From a virus: a stretch of DNA of 64,000 nt. The DNA lies in IMG/VR virus record IMGVR_UViG_3300032607_000125, positions 32,001 through 96,000 of that record; one strand, 5' to 3'. Every line of letters begins with the position of its first letter. Positions within the stretch are counted from its first letter, which is position 1. The notes below the pieces were generated by a model that was not told the DNA's origin, ran no database searches, and saw only the letters and a program-made list of their open reading frames with translations. The position numbers and the translations under genes are program-made. Below, in pieces: positions 1-11,800 of the stretch.

Positions 1-1778
1 ATGTTGGATCTAACGTAAATGCTACTGCTAGAAAAGTAGTTGGACTTGTAGAAAGTTCATATTCATATGGAGAAGTTTTAAGTGAATATGTATCTGTGAA
101 TGGTGCTGCAGGAACTACTACTGGAGTAACATGTATACTATTAGGCCAAGAAACTAGAGGTGCAAATTATCTTATGTATGTAGATAACATACTTGGTGGT
201 AGTTTACATTCAGATTCTGGTTCAAACGTTTATTACTTAAGAGGCGAATTTACCACAGGAACTATTAAATATGTTTCAACTAGTACACTTAATAGATTAA
301 ATCCAACAACATTAAGCACCACATTTAGTGGACAAATATTTGGAACGTTTAGTATTCCAAATGATGCAGCTATGAGTTTTAGAACTGGTGTAAGACAACT
401 TAGATTTACAGATAGTTCTACTAACAATGTTAAGAATGAATTAACATATTCAGAACAATCATTTGAATCTCGTGGTACTATTGAGTGGATGGAAAAAACT
501 ATTCTATCAACTAGAACTGCTCAAGTGGCATCTGCTCAAGTGTCAGAAACATGGACATTAAATACTACACGCCAAGCAGTCGGAAGTGACACTGGGTGGT
601 ATGACCCATTAGCACAAACTTTCTTAGTCGATGTTCCTGGTGGAATCTTTGTGACAGACGTCGATTTATTCTTTGCAGCAACCGATCCAAATATTCCTAT
701 TAAAGTTGAAATTAGAAACGTAGTCAATGGTTATCCTGGTCCAGTTATTGTTCCATTTAGTACTATAATTAAATACCCATCTGCGATTGCAGTTAATGCA
801 ACTACTGGCGGTGCAGCAACTAATTTCAAATTTGTTTCTCCAATATATCTTCAAGCAAATACAGAATATTGTCTATGCATGTTTGCAGATTCTGCTAAAT
901 ATAGATTATGGGTTGCGCAATCTGGAGAGATTGATGTAAACGGATCTGGTTTAATTACAGGTCAACCATATAATGGCGTGCTGTTTAAATCACAGAATGC
1001 TTCTACATGGACTGCAGATCAATCTCAAGATTTGAAGTTCCAATTGAATAGAGCAGTGTTTGACATAAACAACACTGCAACTCTAGATTTAGTAAATCAG
1101 CATACACCGAGTGATCTAAATTTTGATGTACTATTAGCAAATGCTAGTAATATTATTTTTACCAATACTGCAATTACAGCTCAGTATATTGATAGTGATG
1201 CGGTAAGCACTTCTATTAATCTTGGTGACAATACTTACTTTAACTCTCCTAAACTTATTAAATCTTCTGTAAACGAAGCAGGTACGTCTTCAATGAGAGT
1301 TAGAATGAATATGTCTTCTAGCGCAAGTAATGTTTCACCTGTAGTAGACTTAGGCAGATGTAATGCTACAATGATTAGCAATGTTATTGATAATATTGTT
1401 TCAGATAATGAAATATATCCTGAAGTTGGACTTGCTACTGCAAAATATGTTACTAAACAAATTAACTTAAATGATAGTGCAACTACTATTAGAGTTCTCT
1501 TTAGTGCATGTGTTCCTAACTTATCAAATACTGATGTAGATGTTTATTATAAAGTTGGTGATTCTTCTTCAAATACGTTTGATGATCAATTATTTACGCT
1601 AATGGCACCCACAAAAGCATATGTAAAAACACAAAATTCTAAATCATTCACTGAAGCAGAATATTTAATAGAAGATATTACGCCATTCACTACTATTAGA
1701 GTAAAACTAGTATTTAAGTCGGATAACACTTCACAAGTGCCAAGAGTTAAAGACTTAAGAGTATTGGCATATGCGTAA
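1..1778 (+). CDS. Large virion/baseplate structural protein, C-terminal part (DUF4815-like, T4-like phages); 5'-truncated
   Basis: Frame open from nt 3 with no stop before the GTG at 96. Motif YDPLAQTF..GIFVTDVDLFF..D..IP..VEIR..GYP and C-terminal P..KDLRVLA resemble conserved T4-like structural proteins. Confidence 0.65.
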   Translation, partial: VGSNVNATARKVVGLVESSYSYGEVLSEYVSVNGAAGTTTGVTCILLGQETRGANYLMYVDNILGGSLHSDSGSNVYYLRGEFTTGTIKYVSTSTLNRLNPTTLSTTFSGQIFGTFSIPNDAAMSFRTGVRQLRFTDSSTNNVKNELTYSEQSFESRGTIEWMEKTILSTRTAQVASAQVSETWTLNTTRQAVGSDTGWYDPLAQTFLVDVPGGIFVTDVDLFFAATDPNIPIKVEIRNVVNGYPGPVIVPFSTIIKYPSAIAVNATTGGAATNFKFVSPIYLQANTEYCLCMFADSAKYRLWVAQSGEIDVNGSGLITGQPYNGVLFKSQNASTWTADQSQDLKFQLNRAVFDINNTATLDLVNQHTPSDLNFDVLLANASNIIFTNTAITAQYIDSDAVSTSINLGDNTYFNSPKLIKSSVNEAGTSSMRVRMNMSSSASNVSPVVDLGRCNATMISNVIDNIVSDNEIYPEVGLATAKYVTKQINLNDSATTIRVLFSACVPNLSNTDVDVYYKVGDSSSNTFDDQLFTLMAPTKAYVKTQNSKSFTEAEYLIEDITPFTTIRVKLVFKSDNTSQVPRVKDLRVLAYA

Positions 1779-1995
1779 TCAGGTTGTCATTGAAAATGAG
1801 ATTGGTATGACTAGAGATATGACTAGTCATGCCGTCTTGTGTGACGTTAAGCATAAAATATTAGACTATAACGCTAAAAGACAAGCGGCTGAACAGAGAG
1901 ATACTCTAATTAAGAATCATGAAGAACAGATAAATAGTCTAAAGAATGATATAAGCAGCATAAAAGATATGCTAACAGCTTTAATGCAAAGGTAG
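1771..1995 (+). CDS. Small coiled-coil hypothetical protein
   Basis: 74-aa ORF overlapping the upstream stop; heptad-like C-terminus; tight packing. Confidence 0.7.
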   Translation: MRNQVVIENEIGMTRDMTSHAVLCDVKHKILDYNAKRQAAEQRDTLIKNHEEQINSLKNDISSIKDMLTALMQR

Positions 1996-1998
1996 AAA

Positions 1999-3588
1999 AT
2001 GGCACTAGTTTTTAGAACAGCACAGTCAACGCCGTTGACAAACGATCAATTAGATGGCAACTTCATATATTTGCGTGATCAGTTACTTTTAAAATATTTA
2101 ATTAGTGATTTTACCGCTGTAAATATTGCTGCGAAGCTAAACACTTTTGGCGCAGGTCAAAGTACTGCTATTCAACTTGCTGAAACAAATGCAATTAACG
2201 CTTGGACTATTAAGAACTTAGCGCCATCGAATACGCTTCCAGTGTCTACTGATAAATCTTCATTAGTCTCTAGAACTTCAACTGGTGATATTACGGTATC
2301 AACAGTATATGGCAATCTATCTGGAACAGCGTCGACTGCTACTTTAGCAACTAGTTCAATTAAACTGCAAACTGCTAGAACTATCAATAATGTTTCTTTT
2401 GATGGCACTACAGATATCACAATAGCAGATTCTACTAAGTTACCACTTAGTGGTGGAACTATGGGTGGAAAGATTGCGTTGCTTCCAGCAACAGCATTAT
2501 CTGCATCTCTTAATTTTGGAACTAGCACAATTACGCCAACAAATCCAATTAATGGAGATATGTGGGGCACTACGTCTGGTTTATTTTATAGAATCACTGG
2601 TACTATATACAAAATAGCACAGGTTGATAGTCCCACATTTACAGGTCTTGTGTCTGCTCCTGGATATACTGGTGTAGCAGATTCTGTCATAACGATAAGT
2701 CATCTTGACGCAGCTAAGACTGTTTTAAATGCATCAATTGCACTAAAATCTAATTTATCTAGTCCTACATTTACTGGCACACCAATAGCTCCAACAGCAT
2801 CTAATGGAACTAACACTGCACAATTAGCGACTACTGCGTTTGTCACTACGGCAGATATTAACAATGCAAATGCTTTAACACTAGCGTATCAAGCATATAC
2901 GACTAGTGCAGTTACTACTTTTAGTAACGCTAATAATATTGCACTAGCACTAAAATCTAATTTAGTAAGTCCTGAATTTACTGGAATTCCACGAGCTCCA
3001 ACTGCTGCAAATAACGACAATAGTACACAACTTGCCACTACGGCATTTGCTACTTCAGCTGCAGCATCAGTGCAACAGCAATTAAATGCCGCAATCATTT
3101 CATTAAACAATGCGATTGCGGCAACTAGACCAGTTCCAATTGGTGCAGTATTCTATATGTTAAAAGCAACTATACCTTATGGATACTTAGAAGCAAATGG
3201 GCAATCAGTATCTAGAACAACGTATTCTGACTTATGGAATTATCTTGGGCAACCAAATACTGGCAATGGAAGCACCACATTTAACGTTATCGATTTAAGA
3301 GCAGAATTTATTCGCGGGTGGGACAATGGCCGAGGTGTTGACACTAATCGGGTTCTTGGCTCATACCAAGAACCAATTAACTTAGCACATAATCATGGTA
3401 TGCCAGGTGACGATCAACTGTCTTACGCTAATGGCGCTGCAGGATGGGCAGCGACTAGTCGCGCCTCATTTCAATATGATGCAACATCGCGCTATGGCGG
3501 CGGTGCGCAAATTTGGAACACGACAACTGACGGCGGAAACGAATCTCGCCCCCGCAACATTGCTTTGATGCCTATCATCAAGTGGTAA
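1999..3588 (+). CDS. Tail fibre with tail-collar domain (short-tail-fibre-like)
   Basis: Repeats SPTFTG.P.APTA...N.TQLATTAF. Collar motif PIGAVF...P.GYLEANGQ.VSRTTY..L...TFN..DLR.EFIRGWD.GRGVD; ends ESRPRNIAL..IIK. Confidence 0.85.
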   Translation: MALVFRTAQSTPLTNDQLDGNFIYLRDQLLLKYLISDFTAVNIAAKLNTFGAGQSTAIQLAETNAINAWTIKNLAPSNTLPVSTDKSSLVSRTSTGDITVSTVYGNLSGTASTATLATSSIKLQTARTINNVSFDGTTDITIADSTKLPLSGGTMGGKIALLPATALSASLNFGTSTITPTNPINGDMWGTTSGLFYRITGTIYKIAQVDSPTFTGLVSAPGYTGVADSVITISHLDAAKTVLNASIALKSNLSSPTFTGTPIAPTASNGTNTAQLATTAFVTTADINNANALTLAYQAYTTSAVTTFSNANNIALALKSNLVSPEFTGIPRAPTAANNDNSTQLATTAFATSAAASVQQQLNAAIISLNNAIAATRPVPIGAVFYMLKATIPYGYLEANGQSVSRTTYSDLWNYLGQPNTGNGSTTFNVIDLRAEFIRGWDNGRGVDTNRVLGSYQEPINLAHNHGMPGDDQLSYANGAAGWAATSRASFQYDATSRYGGGAQIWNTTTDGGNESRPRNIALMPIIKW

Positions 3589-3594
3589 TAAATA
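3587..3594 (+). promoter_or_regulatory. Probable late promoter variant AATAAATA
   Basis: One mismatch to T4 late consensus TATAAATA, about 30 nt before ATG 3624. Confidence 0.5.
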
Positions 3595-3623
3595 AACAAA
3601 TACCGACTAAAAGGACAAAGTAA

Positions 3624-5258
3624 ATGGCAAATATAGTTTATAGAGGTGCAGTAACGCCGACAGTTACTAACACTGCAGCAAACAAAAATGCAGCGTTAAC
3701 CAACGACGAAATCGATAAAAATTTATTTGCATTGAATGTTGGCCCTACAATTGGATCAACTACAATTTCACCGGGTACAGCATCTACTGTTTTAACGGGA
3801 TTAACATCGGTTACATCTACTACATTCATTGGTGCGCTTACAGGCAATGCTTCTACAGTAACTACTAATGCTAACCTAACTGGTGATGTAACGTCACTTG
3901 GTAATATTACTACACTTGCAAATACGACAGTTAGCGCTGGTACTTATGGGTCATCAACTTCTATTCCAAGTTTTAGCGTTGATAGCAAAGGCAGAATTAC
4001 GTCTGCCAGCGCAAATTCTATTAGTGTTGGTGATGGTAATCTTACTCTTGGTATTGGCGCTGCAGGCGCAACGAGCACTTCTATTACTATTGGAACTGGA
4101 ACTGGATTTTCTGCAAATGATGCGGTTGCAGTTACTTACGATATTAGAGTAGGACCAGCGTTAACTAATCTTGTTGCGACTATGACAACGGCTGGTGCTG
4201 GTTTTATTAGACGTGGTGCGACAGCAGACACCTATGCTATTGATACTAGCACTTATTTGACTGCGTTAAGTGGTGATATAACAACATCTGGAACAGTTGC
4301 TACATTAGCAAATACTGCTGTTACAGCAGGTTTATATGGATCATCTACATCTATTCCAAGCATTACTATTGATAGCAAAGGTAGAATAACTGCTGCAAGT
4401 ACAAGCGCTATAACAGTTGGTGATGCAGCTCTTACAGTTGCAAGTTCTGCAGGATTGACAAATACTAACGTAACACTTGCATTAAGCGGAGCATACAGTG
4501 CTAACGCTACTATAGCTAGAAGTCTTAACTTTACTGTCGGTCCAGCACTAACCAATCTTTCCAGTTTCATGACTACAGTAACTGCTGGATTTATTAAGCG
4601 TACAGGACAAGATGCATATGGAATTGATACTACTACATATGCATCTGGTACTGGTACTGCAAATGGAACAAATACTGGCGATCAAACTATTACTCTAACT
4701 GGTGACGTAACTGGTACTGGCACTGGATCGTTTACAACTACACTAACTAATACAACAGTTACTGCTGGATCATATGGTTCTGCGACTGCTATTCCAGTAA
4801 TTACAATCGATGGTAAGGGTAGAATAACATCTGCGAGTACGATAGCACTAAGTGTTGGCGATGGAGCTCTTACTCTTGCAATTGGCGCTGCCGCTGCGTC
4901 AGCAACAACAGTTACTATAGGAACTGGAACTGGTTTTACTGCCAATGATACAGTAGCAAATACTACATATGATATTAAAGTTGGACCAGCATTAACTAAT
5001 CTTGCAACGCTAATGACAACTGCAGGTGCTGGCTTTATTAGACGTGGCACTACGGCTGATAGTTACGCAATTGATACTAATACATATGTAGTATCTGGCA
5101 GCGCAATTGCAGCATCATCATTAGTTACTACTGGATTTTCAGTATTAGAATCGGGCGGTGTTCTTTACTTTAAATCTGGCGCAACAAATATTGCTAAGTT
5201 AGATGCAAGTGGCAATCTAACTGTTCTTGGTACAGTAACGTCTAATGGCACAATATAA
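3624..5258 (+). CDS. Tail fibre / fibrous virion protein with internal repeats
   Basis: Three copies of L.NT.V.AG.YGS...IP....D.KGRIT.AS and three of VGPALTNL...MTT..AGFI.R; Thr/Gly/Ala-rich. Confidence 0.8.
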   Translation: MANIVYRGAVTPTVTNTAANKNAALTNDEIDKNLFALNVGPTIGSTTISPGTASTVLTGLTSVTSTTFIGALTGNASTVTTNANLTGDVTSLGNITTLANTTVSAGTYGSSTSIPSFSVDSKGRITSASANSISVGDGNLTLGIGAAGATSTSITIGTGTGFSANDAVAVTYDIRVGPALTNLVATMTTAGAGFIRRGATADTYAIDTSTYLTALSGDITTSGTVATLANTAVTAGLYGSSTSIPSITIDSKGRITAASTSAITVGDAALTVASSAGLTNTNVTLALSGAYSANATIARSLNFTVGPALTNLSSFMTTVTAGFIKRTGQDAYGIDTTTYASGTGTANGTNTGDQTITLTGDVTGTGTGSFTTTLTNTTVTAGSYGSATAIPVITIDGKGRITSASTIALSVGDGALTLAIGAAAASATTVTIGTGTGFTANDTVANTTYDIKVGPALTNLATLMTTAGAGFIRRGTTADSYAIDTNTYVVSGSAIAASSLVTTGFSVLESGGVLYFKSGATNIAKLDASGNLTVLGTVTSNGTI

Positions 5259-5271
5259 GAATCTGCACGCT

Positions 5272-5279
5272 AATAAATA
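5272..5279 (+). promoter_or_regulatory. Probable late promoter variant AATAAATA
   Basis: Intergenic, about 20 nt before ATG 5299, followed by a GGA-containing RBS. Confidence 0.5.
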
Positions 5280-5298
5280 AAGCAATAGGAATACTAAA

Positions 5299-5631
5299 AT
5301 GGCAACGACATCGTACTTAGATATAGATCAGGGTTCAGATTTTGTCACAGAGATGACTCTTGAAAATGATGATGGAACTCCAATGAATCTAAGTAGCTTT
5401 ACTGTGCATTCACAGTTTAGAAAAAGCTACGATTCTACAACTGGTTATACATTTATTACGAATATTAATGATGCAACAAATGGCAAATTTACACTATCAC
5501 TTTCAGGTATTACTTCATCTGCTATAAAATCTGGAAGATATTTGTACGATGTTGAAATTTATAATAATGTTTCAAAAATTAGAGTAGTAGAAGGAGTGAT
5601 CACTATCAATCCTGAAATAACTAAAATATAA
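5299..5631 (+). CDS. Small conserved virion structural protein (beta-sandwich, BppU-N-like)
   Basis: Motif L.IDQGSDF...L....G.P.NL......QFRKSY...GRYLYDVEI....RVVEG..T..PEIT. Confidence 0.7.
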   Translation: MATTSYLDIDQGSDFVTEMTLENDDGTPMNLSSFTVHSQFRKSYDSTTGYTFITNINDATNGKFTLSLSGITSSAIKSGRYLYDVEIYNNVSKIRVVEGVITINPEITKI

Positions 5632-5888
5632 TGAAAATAAAAGTAAATAGTCAACAGACTAAGATTGTTAGCGTTAACACACAATCTAATAATGAAGTAA
5701 TAGCTGTAGGAATTCAAGGGCCTGCAGGACCTGCAGGCCAAGTTAATGTTGAACGTATGTCGGATATTGGAGATACAGACATAACAACATTGATCAATGG
5801 TTCTATTCTTGTCTATAATGTAAATACTAATAAATGGACATCTACCACTACTCTTGATGCGCAAGACATGGAAGGTGGAGAGTTTTAA
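5631..5888 (+). CDS. Hypothetical tail-associated protein
   Basis: 85 aa, coupled to the upstream stop; short collagen-like GIQGPAGPAG; ends MEGGEF. Confidence 0.65.
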   Translation: MKIKVNSQQTKIVSVNTQSNNEVIAVGIQGPAGPAGQVNVERMSDIGDTDITTLINGSILVYNVNTNKWTSTTTLDAQDMEGGEF

Positions 5889-5904
5889 CTAGAGAAAATA
5901 AAAA

Positions 5905-7236
5905 ATGGCAAGCATAATTAGAATTAAAAGATCCGGTGTTAGTGGCAACCCAGCCACGTTAGCAGCAGGAGAACTTGCGTATTCAGCATTAGCCGATACT
6001 GGTGCTAATGGCGGAGACAGATTATATATCGGTAGTGGAACTGAAACTTCTGGCAATGCTGCGAACCACGTAGTAATTGGTGGCAAGTATTTTACCGACA
6101 TGGTTAGTGCTGCAACAAATACCAATACTGCTTCAACAATCGTAAAACGAGATGGTGCTGGAAACTTTAGTGCTGGAACAATTACAGCAGCTTTAACTGG
6201 TACTGCTAGTACAGCAACTGGTTGGGCAACAGGTAGAACACTTTCATTGACTGGAGATATCTCATATACTTCACCAAGTTTTGATGGAACTGGCAATGTA
6301 ACAGCTATAGCAACTCTACCAGTTGTCAATAGCAGCGTTGGTGCTTTTGGTTCTACTACAGCAATTCCAATCGTAACGGTAAATGCTAAAGGTCTAATTA
6401 CAAGCGTAACAACTGCTACAATTTCTAGTACACTATCGATTGCTGGTGGAACTGGAACTGATACAGTCAGTGTTGGAACTGATACACTAACTTTTGCTGG
6501 TGGAACTGGCGTAACAACAACAGTTACTAATAATCAAGTGAGTTTTGCAATTGGTCAAGCAGTAGCAACTACATCTAATGTAACGTTTAACGATATTACT
6601 GTCAATGGTACTTTAAATAGCAATGATATCACTAGTGCTTCTATTAGCATTGCTGGTGATGCTACTATTACTGGTAACTTAACTGTTAACGGTACGACAA
6701 CTACTATTAATTCGACAACACTAGAAGTCGGTGATCTTAATATTGTACTTGCTAAAGACGCCACAACTGCCACTGCTGCAAATGGCGCAGGTTTAACAAT
6801 CAATGGTCCTACGACTCCTGCGACAATACTATATAGTTCTATAGATGATCGTTGGAATTTAAATAAAGATTTAAATGTTGGAACAATATATGGTGCGCAT
6901 TCTGGTAACTCTACAACTGCTACTACATTAGCTACTGGCAGAACAATTGCGTTAACTGGTGATGTTACGTATACATCGCCAAGTTTCAATGGTAGCGCGA
7001 ACATTACAGCTGCAGCAACGCTTGCAACTGTCAACTCTAATGTTGGCAGTTTTGGTAATAGTACAACAGTGCCTAGTTTTACAGTTAATGCTAAAGGGTT
7101 GATCACAGCAGCAAGTAGCACAGTAATCCCAACATCAACATCTAGCGTTAATGGTTTAGCATCTTTTGATTCTACAAACTTTACTGTAGTAAGCGGTTTG
7201 GTTACTATAGCATCTGTAGATGGTGGCACATATTAA
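5905..7236 (+). CDS. Tail fibre protein with Mtd-N-like N-terminus
   Basis: N-term IIRIKRSG....P..LA.GELAYS; duplicated GRT..LTGD..YTSPSF.G / TVNAKGLIT modules; ends DGGTY. Confidence 0.75.
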   Translation: MASIIRIKRSGVSGNPATLAAGELAYSALADTGANGGDRLYIGSGTETSGNAANHVVIGGKYFTDMVSAATNTNTASTIVKRDGAGNFSAGTITAALTGTASTATGWATGRTLSLTGDISYTSPSFDGTGNVTAIATLPVVNSSVGAFGSTTAIPIVTVNAKGLITSVTTATISSTLSIAGGTGTDTVSVGTDTLTFAGGTGVTTTVTNNQVSFAIGQAVATTSNVTFNDITVNGTLNSNDITSASISIAGDATITGNLTVNGTTTTINSTTLEVGDLNIVLAKDATTATAANGAGLTINGPTTPATILYSSIDDRWNLNKDLNVGTIYGAHSGNSTTATTLATGRTIALTGDVTYTSPSFNGSANITAAATLATVNSNVGSFGNSTTVPSFTVNAKGLITAASSTVIPTSTSSVNGLASFDSTNFTVVSGLVTIASVDGGTY

Positions 7237-7254
7237 TAGCAATAAACATATTAA

Positions 7255-7283
7255 GGGAGACTTCTTAGTCTCCCATTTTTTTT
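7255..7283 (+). terminator. Rho-independent terminator
   Basis: GGGAGAC-TTCTTA-GTCTCCC stem followed by A and a T8 run. Confidence 0.85.
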
Positions 7284-7306
7284 CATTTCCTTTTTAGGCA
7301 TATAGT

Positions 7307-8584
7307 ATGGCAAATAAAGTTCTTTTAAAGAAGTCTTCAGTAGTATCAAAGATACCTTTATCTACAGACTTAGATTATGGTGAATTAGCACTTAATTATG
7401 CTGATGGTAAACTATATTATAAGAATTCTTCTAATGCTATAGACGTCTTTACTTCGGGTGGAGCTGGAGGTGGTGGCGTCACATCTATTAGTACTGGCAC
7501 TGGTTTAACTGGTGGACCAATTAGTTCAACCGGCACAATTTCACTTGCTAATACAAGTGTTACGCCTGGCGCGTATACGCTAGCAAATATTACTATTGAT
7601 GCACAGGGTAGAATTATTGCTGCAACTAGTGGTAGTGCAGGAAGTGGAACCGTTACTAACGTAATTGCGACAACTCCACTCTCAAGCACAGGTGGTACTA
7701 CTCCAACAATTAGTATGCCAGCAGCGACTACTTCAGTATCTGGTTATTTAACTAGTACTGACTGGACTACATTCAATAGCAAACAAGCGGCATTGGGATT
7801 CACGCCATATAGCGCGACCAATCCATCTGGATACACGACTAATACCGGTACAGTAACATCAATTACAAGTGGAACCGGTTTAACAACTGGCACTATTACT
7901 ACATCTGGTACTATTTCACTTGCCAATACTGCAGTTACTCCTGGTTCATATACCGCAAGTAATATAACCGTTGATGCACAGGGCAGAATTACTGCAGCAG
8001 CAAATGGCGTTGCTGCTGGTGATTTAACTGCTATTATAGATCGTAAGTCATACACTATAACTGTTGCAGGATCTAACACTAAAAACGTAAATTATGATGT
8101 TGGATTTGTTGATGTATATGTTAATGGCGTTAAACTTAATAGTAGCGCTACAGGTACAAACGTTACTGCAACAAACGGTACATCAGTAACAATAACAGGT
8201 TTACTAGTTAATGATGAACTTCAATTAATTGGATTTAGCAAACTTACTTTTGCTAGTCGCATGAGAAGTGCAACCACTACGTCTACTGCAACAATCACTC
8301 CGACTATTGATACTCTTGATCAATATAGTGTTACAGCTCTAGCAGTAGCGGCGTCAATAGCAATACCAACTGGCACGCCTTTAGATGGTCAACGACTTAC
8401 TATACGCATAAAAGATAATGGTACGCCGCAAACACTAACTTGGATTACAACTTCTGGTGGGTATCGCGCAATTGGAACAACGTTACTGACAACAACAGTC
8501 GCAACAAAAATAGTATATATAGGTTGTGTGTATAATTTAAATGACTTATACTGGGACGTAGTCTCAGTAGCTCAGCAAGCATAA
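7307..8584 (+). CDS. Tail fibre protein
   Basis: N-term KVLLKKSS...P...LDYGELALNYADGKLYYK; two VTSI..GTGLT.G.I...GTISLANT.VTPG.YT..NIT.DAQGRI repeats. Confidence 0.75.
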   Translation: MANKVLLKKSSVVSKIPLSTDLDYGELALNYADGKLYYKNSSNAIDVFTSGGAGGGGVTSISTGTGLTGGPISSTGTISLANTSVTPGAYTLANITIDAQGRIIAATSGSAGSGTVTNVIATTPLSSTGGTTPTISMPAATTSVSGYLTSTDWTTFNSKQAALGFTPYSATNPSGYTTNTGTVTSITSGTGLTTGTITTSGTISLANTAVTPGSYTASNITVDAQGRITAAANGVAAGDLTAIIDRKSYTITVAGSNTKNVNYDVGFVDVYVNGVKLNSSATGTNVTATNGTSVTITGLLVNDELQLIGFSKLTFASRMRSATTTSTATITPTIDTLDQYSVTALAVAASIAIPTGTPLDGQRLTIRIKDNGTPQTLTWITTSGGYRAIGTTLLTTTVATKIVYIGCVYNLNDLYWDVVSVAQQA

Positions 8585-8592
8585 GGACTAGT

Positions 8593-8811
8593 ATGATTAA
8601 GATTGACTTTGAAATTGAAACAAACTATGGCGTATATCGTGACGCCTTACACTTACAAGATGACCATGTTTTTACAGAAGAAGAAATTCAAGCAATGAAG
8701 AATGAACGAGTTGATAATTGGATTACTGTTATCACTACGCCATCAGTTGAAATTCCAGCACCAGCAGATTTTATCGAGGTGGACGGCGTACAGTACGCAA
8801 AGGTAGTCTAA
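8593..8811 (+). CDS. Small acidic hypothetical protein (possible fibre chaperone)
   Basis: 72 aa with RBS AAGGA; lies between two fibre/adhesin genes. Confidence 0.65.
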   Translation: MIKIDFEIETNYGVYRDALHLQDDHVFTEEEIQAMKNERVDNWITVITTPSVEIPAPADFIEVDGVQYAKVV

Positions 8812-8812
8812 C

Positions 8813-11800
8813 ATGGCAGATAGATACTGGGTTGGTGGAGCAGGTACGTGGGATACAACCACTACAACAGGGTGGTCTGCCACATCTGGAGGAGCGGGTG
8901 GGGCTTCTGCTCCTACGTCTGCTGATAATGCAATCTTTGATGCAAACTCTGGACTGACGGTAGGTCTTTCTGTCACCATCACTGGCGGTGTATGTGCAAA
9001 CTTAACATACACCCCAGCAACCGCCATGACCATTGGGCGTGTGAACTTTGTAATCGTTTCATCCCTTACGGTAGCAGGAACATTCTCAACTTCCGGTACA
9101 GCAGGCAATAATCGACTTAGGATCAAAAGTCTTACCCTTGGTATTGCCACTAGCTTTGTGGTGGCTACGGCGGGTTCTATTAGTGATATTGACTTTTACG
9201 AAATCATTGTTAGCGGCGCTGCTGCTCCCATATCTGGTACTCGTCTTGGTAACGTGGTTAGCGTTCAAGGCGTAACTTTTGCAGCCCCTAAAAACGTCTA
9301 TTGGAACTTAGCAGGCGCGCAAAACTGGTCAGCTAACGGCTGGGCAGCTACGTCGGGTGGAACTCCAAACACAGATTATTTCCCCTTAGTGCAGGACACA
9401 GCAGTATTTGATAATGCAGGTAGTGTCACAGGTTCTATTGCGATGGACACCGCAGCGTTCCAGTATTTTGGCAATGTTGATATGTCAGCCCGTACATCGG
9501 CTATGACATTAACTTCAAGTGGCGGTATATTTTTATTTGGGAACTGGACTAACGGCTCAGGAACAGGAGTATCAAGTCTAAGCGCAATGCAGTGGTATGG
9601 TAGAGGAACACAAACACTTATAAGCGCAGGTAAAACATGGCCTTCTGTGTTTATCGTACTAAGTTATGGTGGAACTTTTGCTCTTGGTGATGCGCTTAAT
9701 ATTGGCGCAAATGCTTTAACAGTAACCAGCGGTAATTTTGTCACCAATGGTTATGCTGTTACAGCAAGTCAAATTTCTTCTAACACAGCAGGCCCACGAT
9801 CTATTAGCCTTGGATCAAGCACCGTTACGCTATCATCTACAGGTACGCCAATTATTTTAAGTACAAATAATGGCCTTGCCTTTAATGCTGAAACGTCCAC
9901 TATTATTTTTACAGCAACTAGTTTAACTTCTATTGATATTGGGTATGCGTATTATAATGTAACTCTACCAAACTATAATACGATACTTACTTTAACTAGT
10001 TCTAATACATTTAATAATCTTATATTTAGTATTGTTATAAATTCTTTAGTTTTACAAGCAGATCAAATAATTAATGGCAATCTTTCGCTATATGGAAGTA
10101 CAAGTACAAGTAATCGAACTACTATAAAATCCAATACTCCAGGAACTAACCGAAATATAACAATTAATAGCGCAGTAACATTAACTGATATAGATTTTCA
10201 AGATATTATCATTGCGGGTATTGCGTCTCCTATTTCCGGTACTCGATTAGGAGACGTTGGAAATAACTTAGGTATTACATTTACATCCAAGACTGTTTAT
10301 TGGAATCTTGCTGGCGCGCAAAACTGGTCAGCTAACGGCTGGGCAGCTACATCAGGTGGAACGCCCTCAGTAGTTAATTTTCCTTTGACACAAGACACCG
10401 CTGTCTTTGATAACGTGGGTTCAGTTACAGGCATAATTAGTATTAATGCTGATTACACTCTACCTACAATAGATATGTCAGCTCGTACAACTGCAATGAC
10501 GCTATCTTCTACAGTAGCCGCAAGGGTGTATGGTGATTGGATAAATGGCTCTGGTATAACACTCAGTGGCACAGGTATTTTGACGTTTTCAAAACGTACC
10601 GGAACACAGACAATCACTTCTGCAGGTAAGACGTTTACATGCGGCATTACAGTCAACACGCTTACTGGAACAGTGCAATTAGAGGGTGCTTTATCATCCA
10701 ATGCTTCAGCTGGACTTACTATTACCTCCGGCACTTTTAATGCAGTTTCATATAACGTAACAACTAACGCAGTTCAAAGTGGAGGTACCATTACTAGAAC
10801 TATTAATATGGGTTCTGGGCTATGGACGCACTCTTCTTCAGGAGGTGTATGGAATGTTATAGCTACAGGTTTGACTATAAATCAAGGCACGGCTGATATT
10901 CTACTTTCAAATACTCAAACAACCGCTAAAACTTTTGCAGGTGCGGGGTTTTCATACAACAAACTAACAATTGGTGGTTCGGGAATATCCACAACTACGT
11001 TCAGTGGCGCGAACACCTTTACTGAGCTTGCCAGCACCAAGACTGTTGCACACACGGTTGCATTAAGCACCACTGCACAGACGTTTGGTAAGTGGACAAT
11101 TACAGGTACTGTTGGAAACGTCGTTACTGTTACGGGCGCAGGAAGTCACATTATTGCAGGGCCAAGAGTAGCAGGAGTAGACTACCTAGCCCTTGGTACA
11201 ACTTCATTTGTATACACCTCATCAGGGGAGTTTTATGCGGGGGTTAATTCTACTGGCACAGGTGTAGGCGTTATTTTAACAGCCGCCCCCGCAGCAGTTA
11301 CTCGGTACTGGGTTGGTGGAACGGGTGTTTTGGATATAACAACAACGACAAATTGGTCAGATACGTCTGGAGGCGTTGGCGGATTTTCAGTACCTGTTTC
11401 TGTAGATACAGTAATTTTTGACACTCTTTCAAGTTCTACCGCATACACAGTAACTTTTACTCCGGTAGGCAATAGTAACTTTCGATTTAGTAGCCTAACA
11501 ATGGGCGCACCCATGTCTGGAAATATTACATGGGCGGGTACAGCACTTATTACAGCGCATTCAGCGATAAATTTAACTGGTGGTTCATCTCGCATAACAA
11601 GAACATATACGGGAAATATTCTACTTGGCGGTGCATCCACGGGTACATTGACAACTAATGGTGTTTCTCTTGCATCAACATCAGGAATTACTTGTACGGG
11701 TATTGGTAGTAGTTGGTCATTAGAGTCGGCATTAACTTTAGCAACAAGCCCATTAACCATATCTAGAGGGTCATTTGATACTGCGGGGTACGCTCTAACT

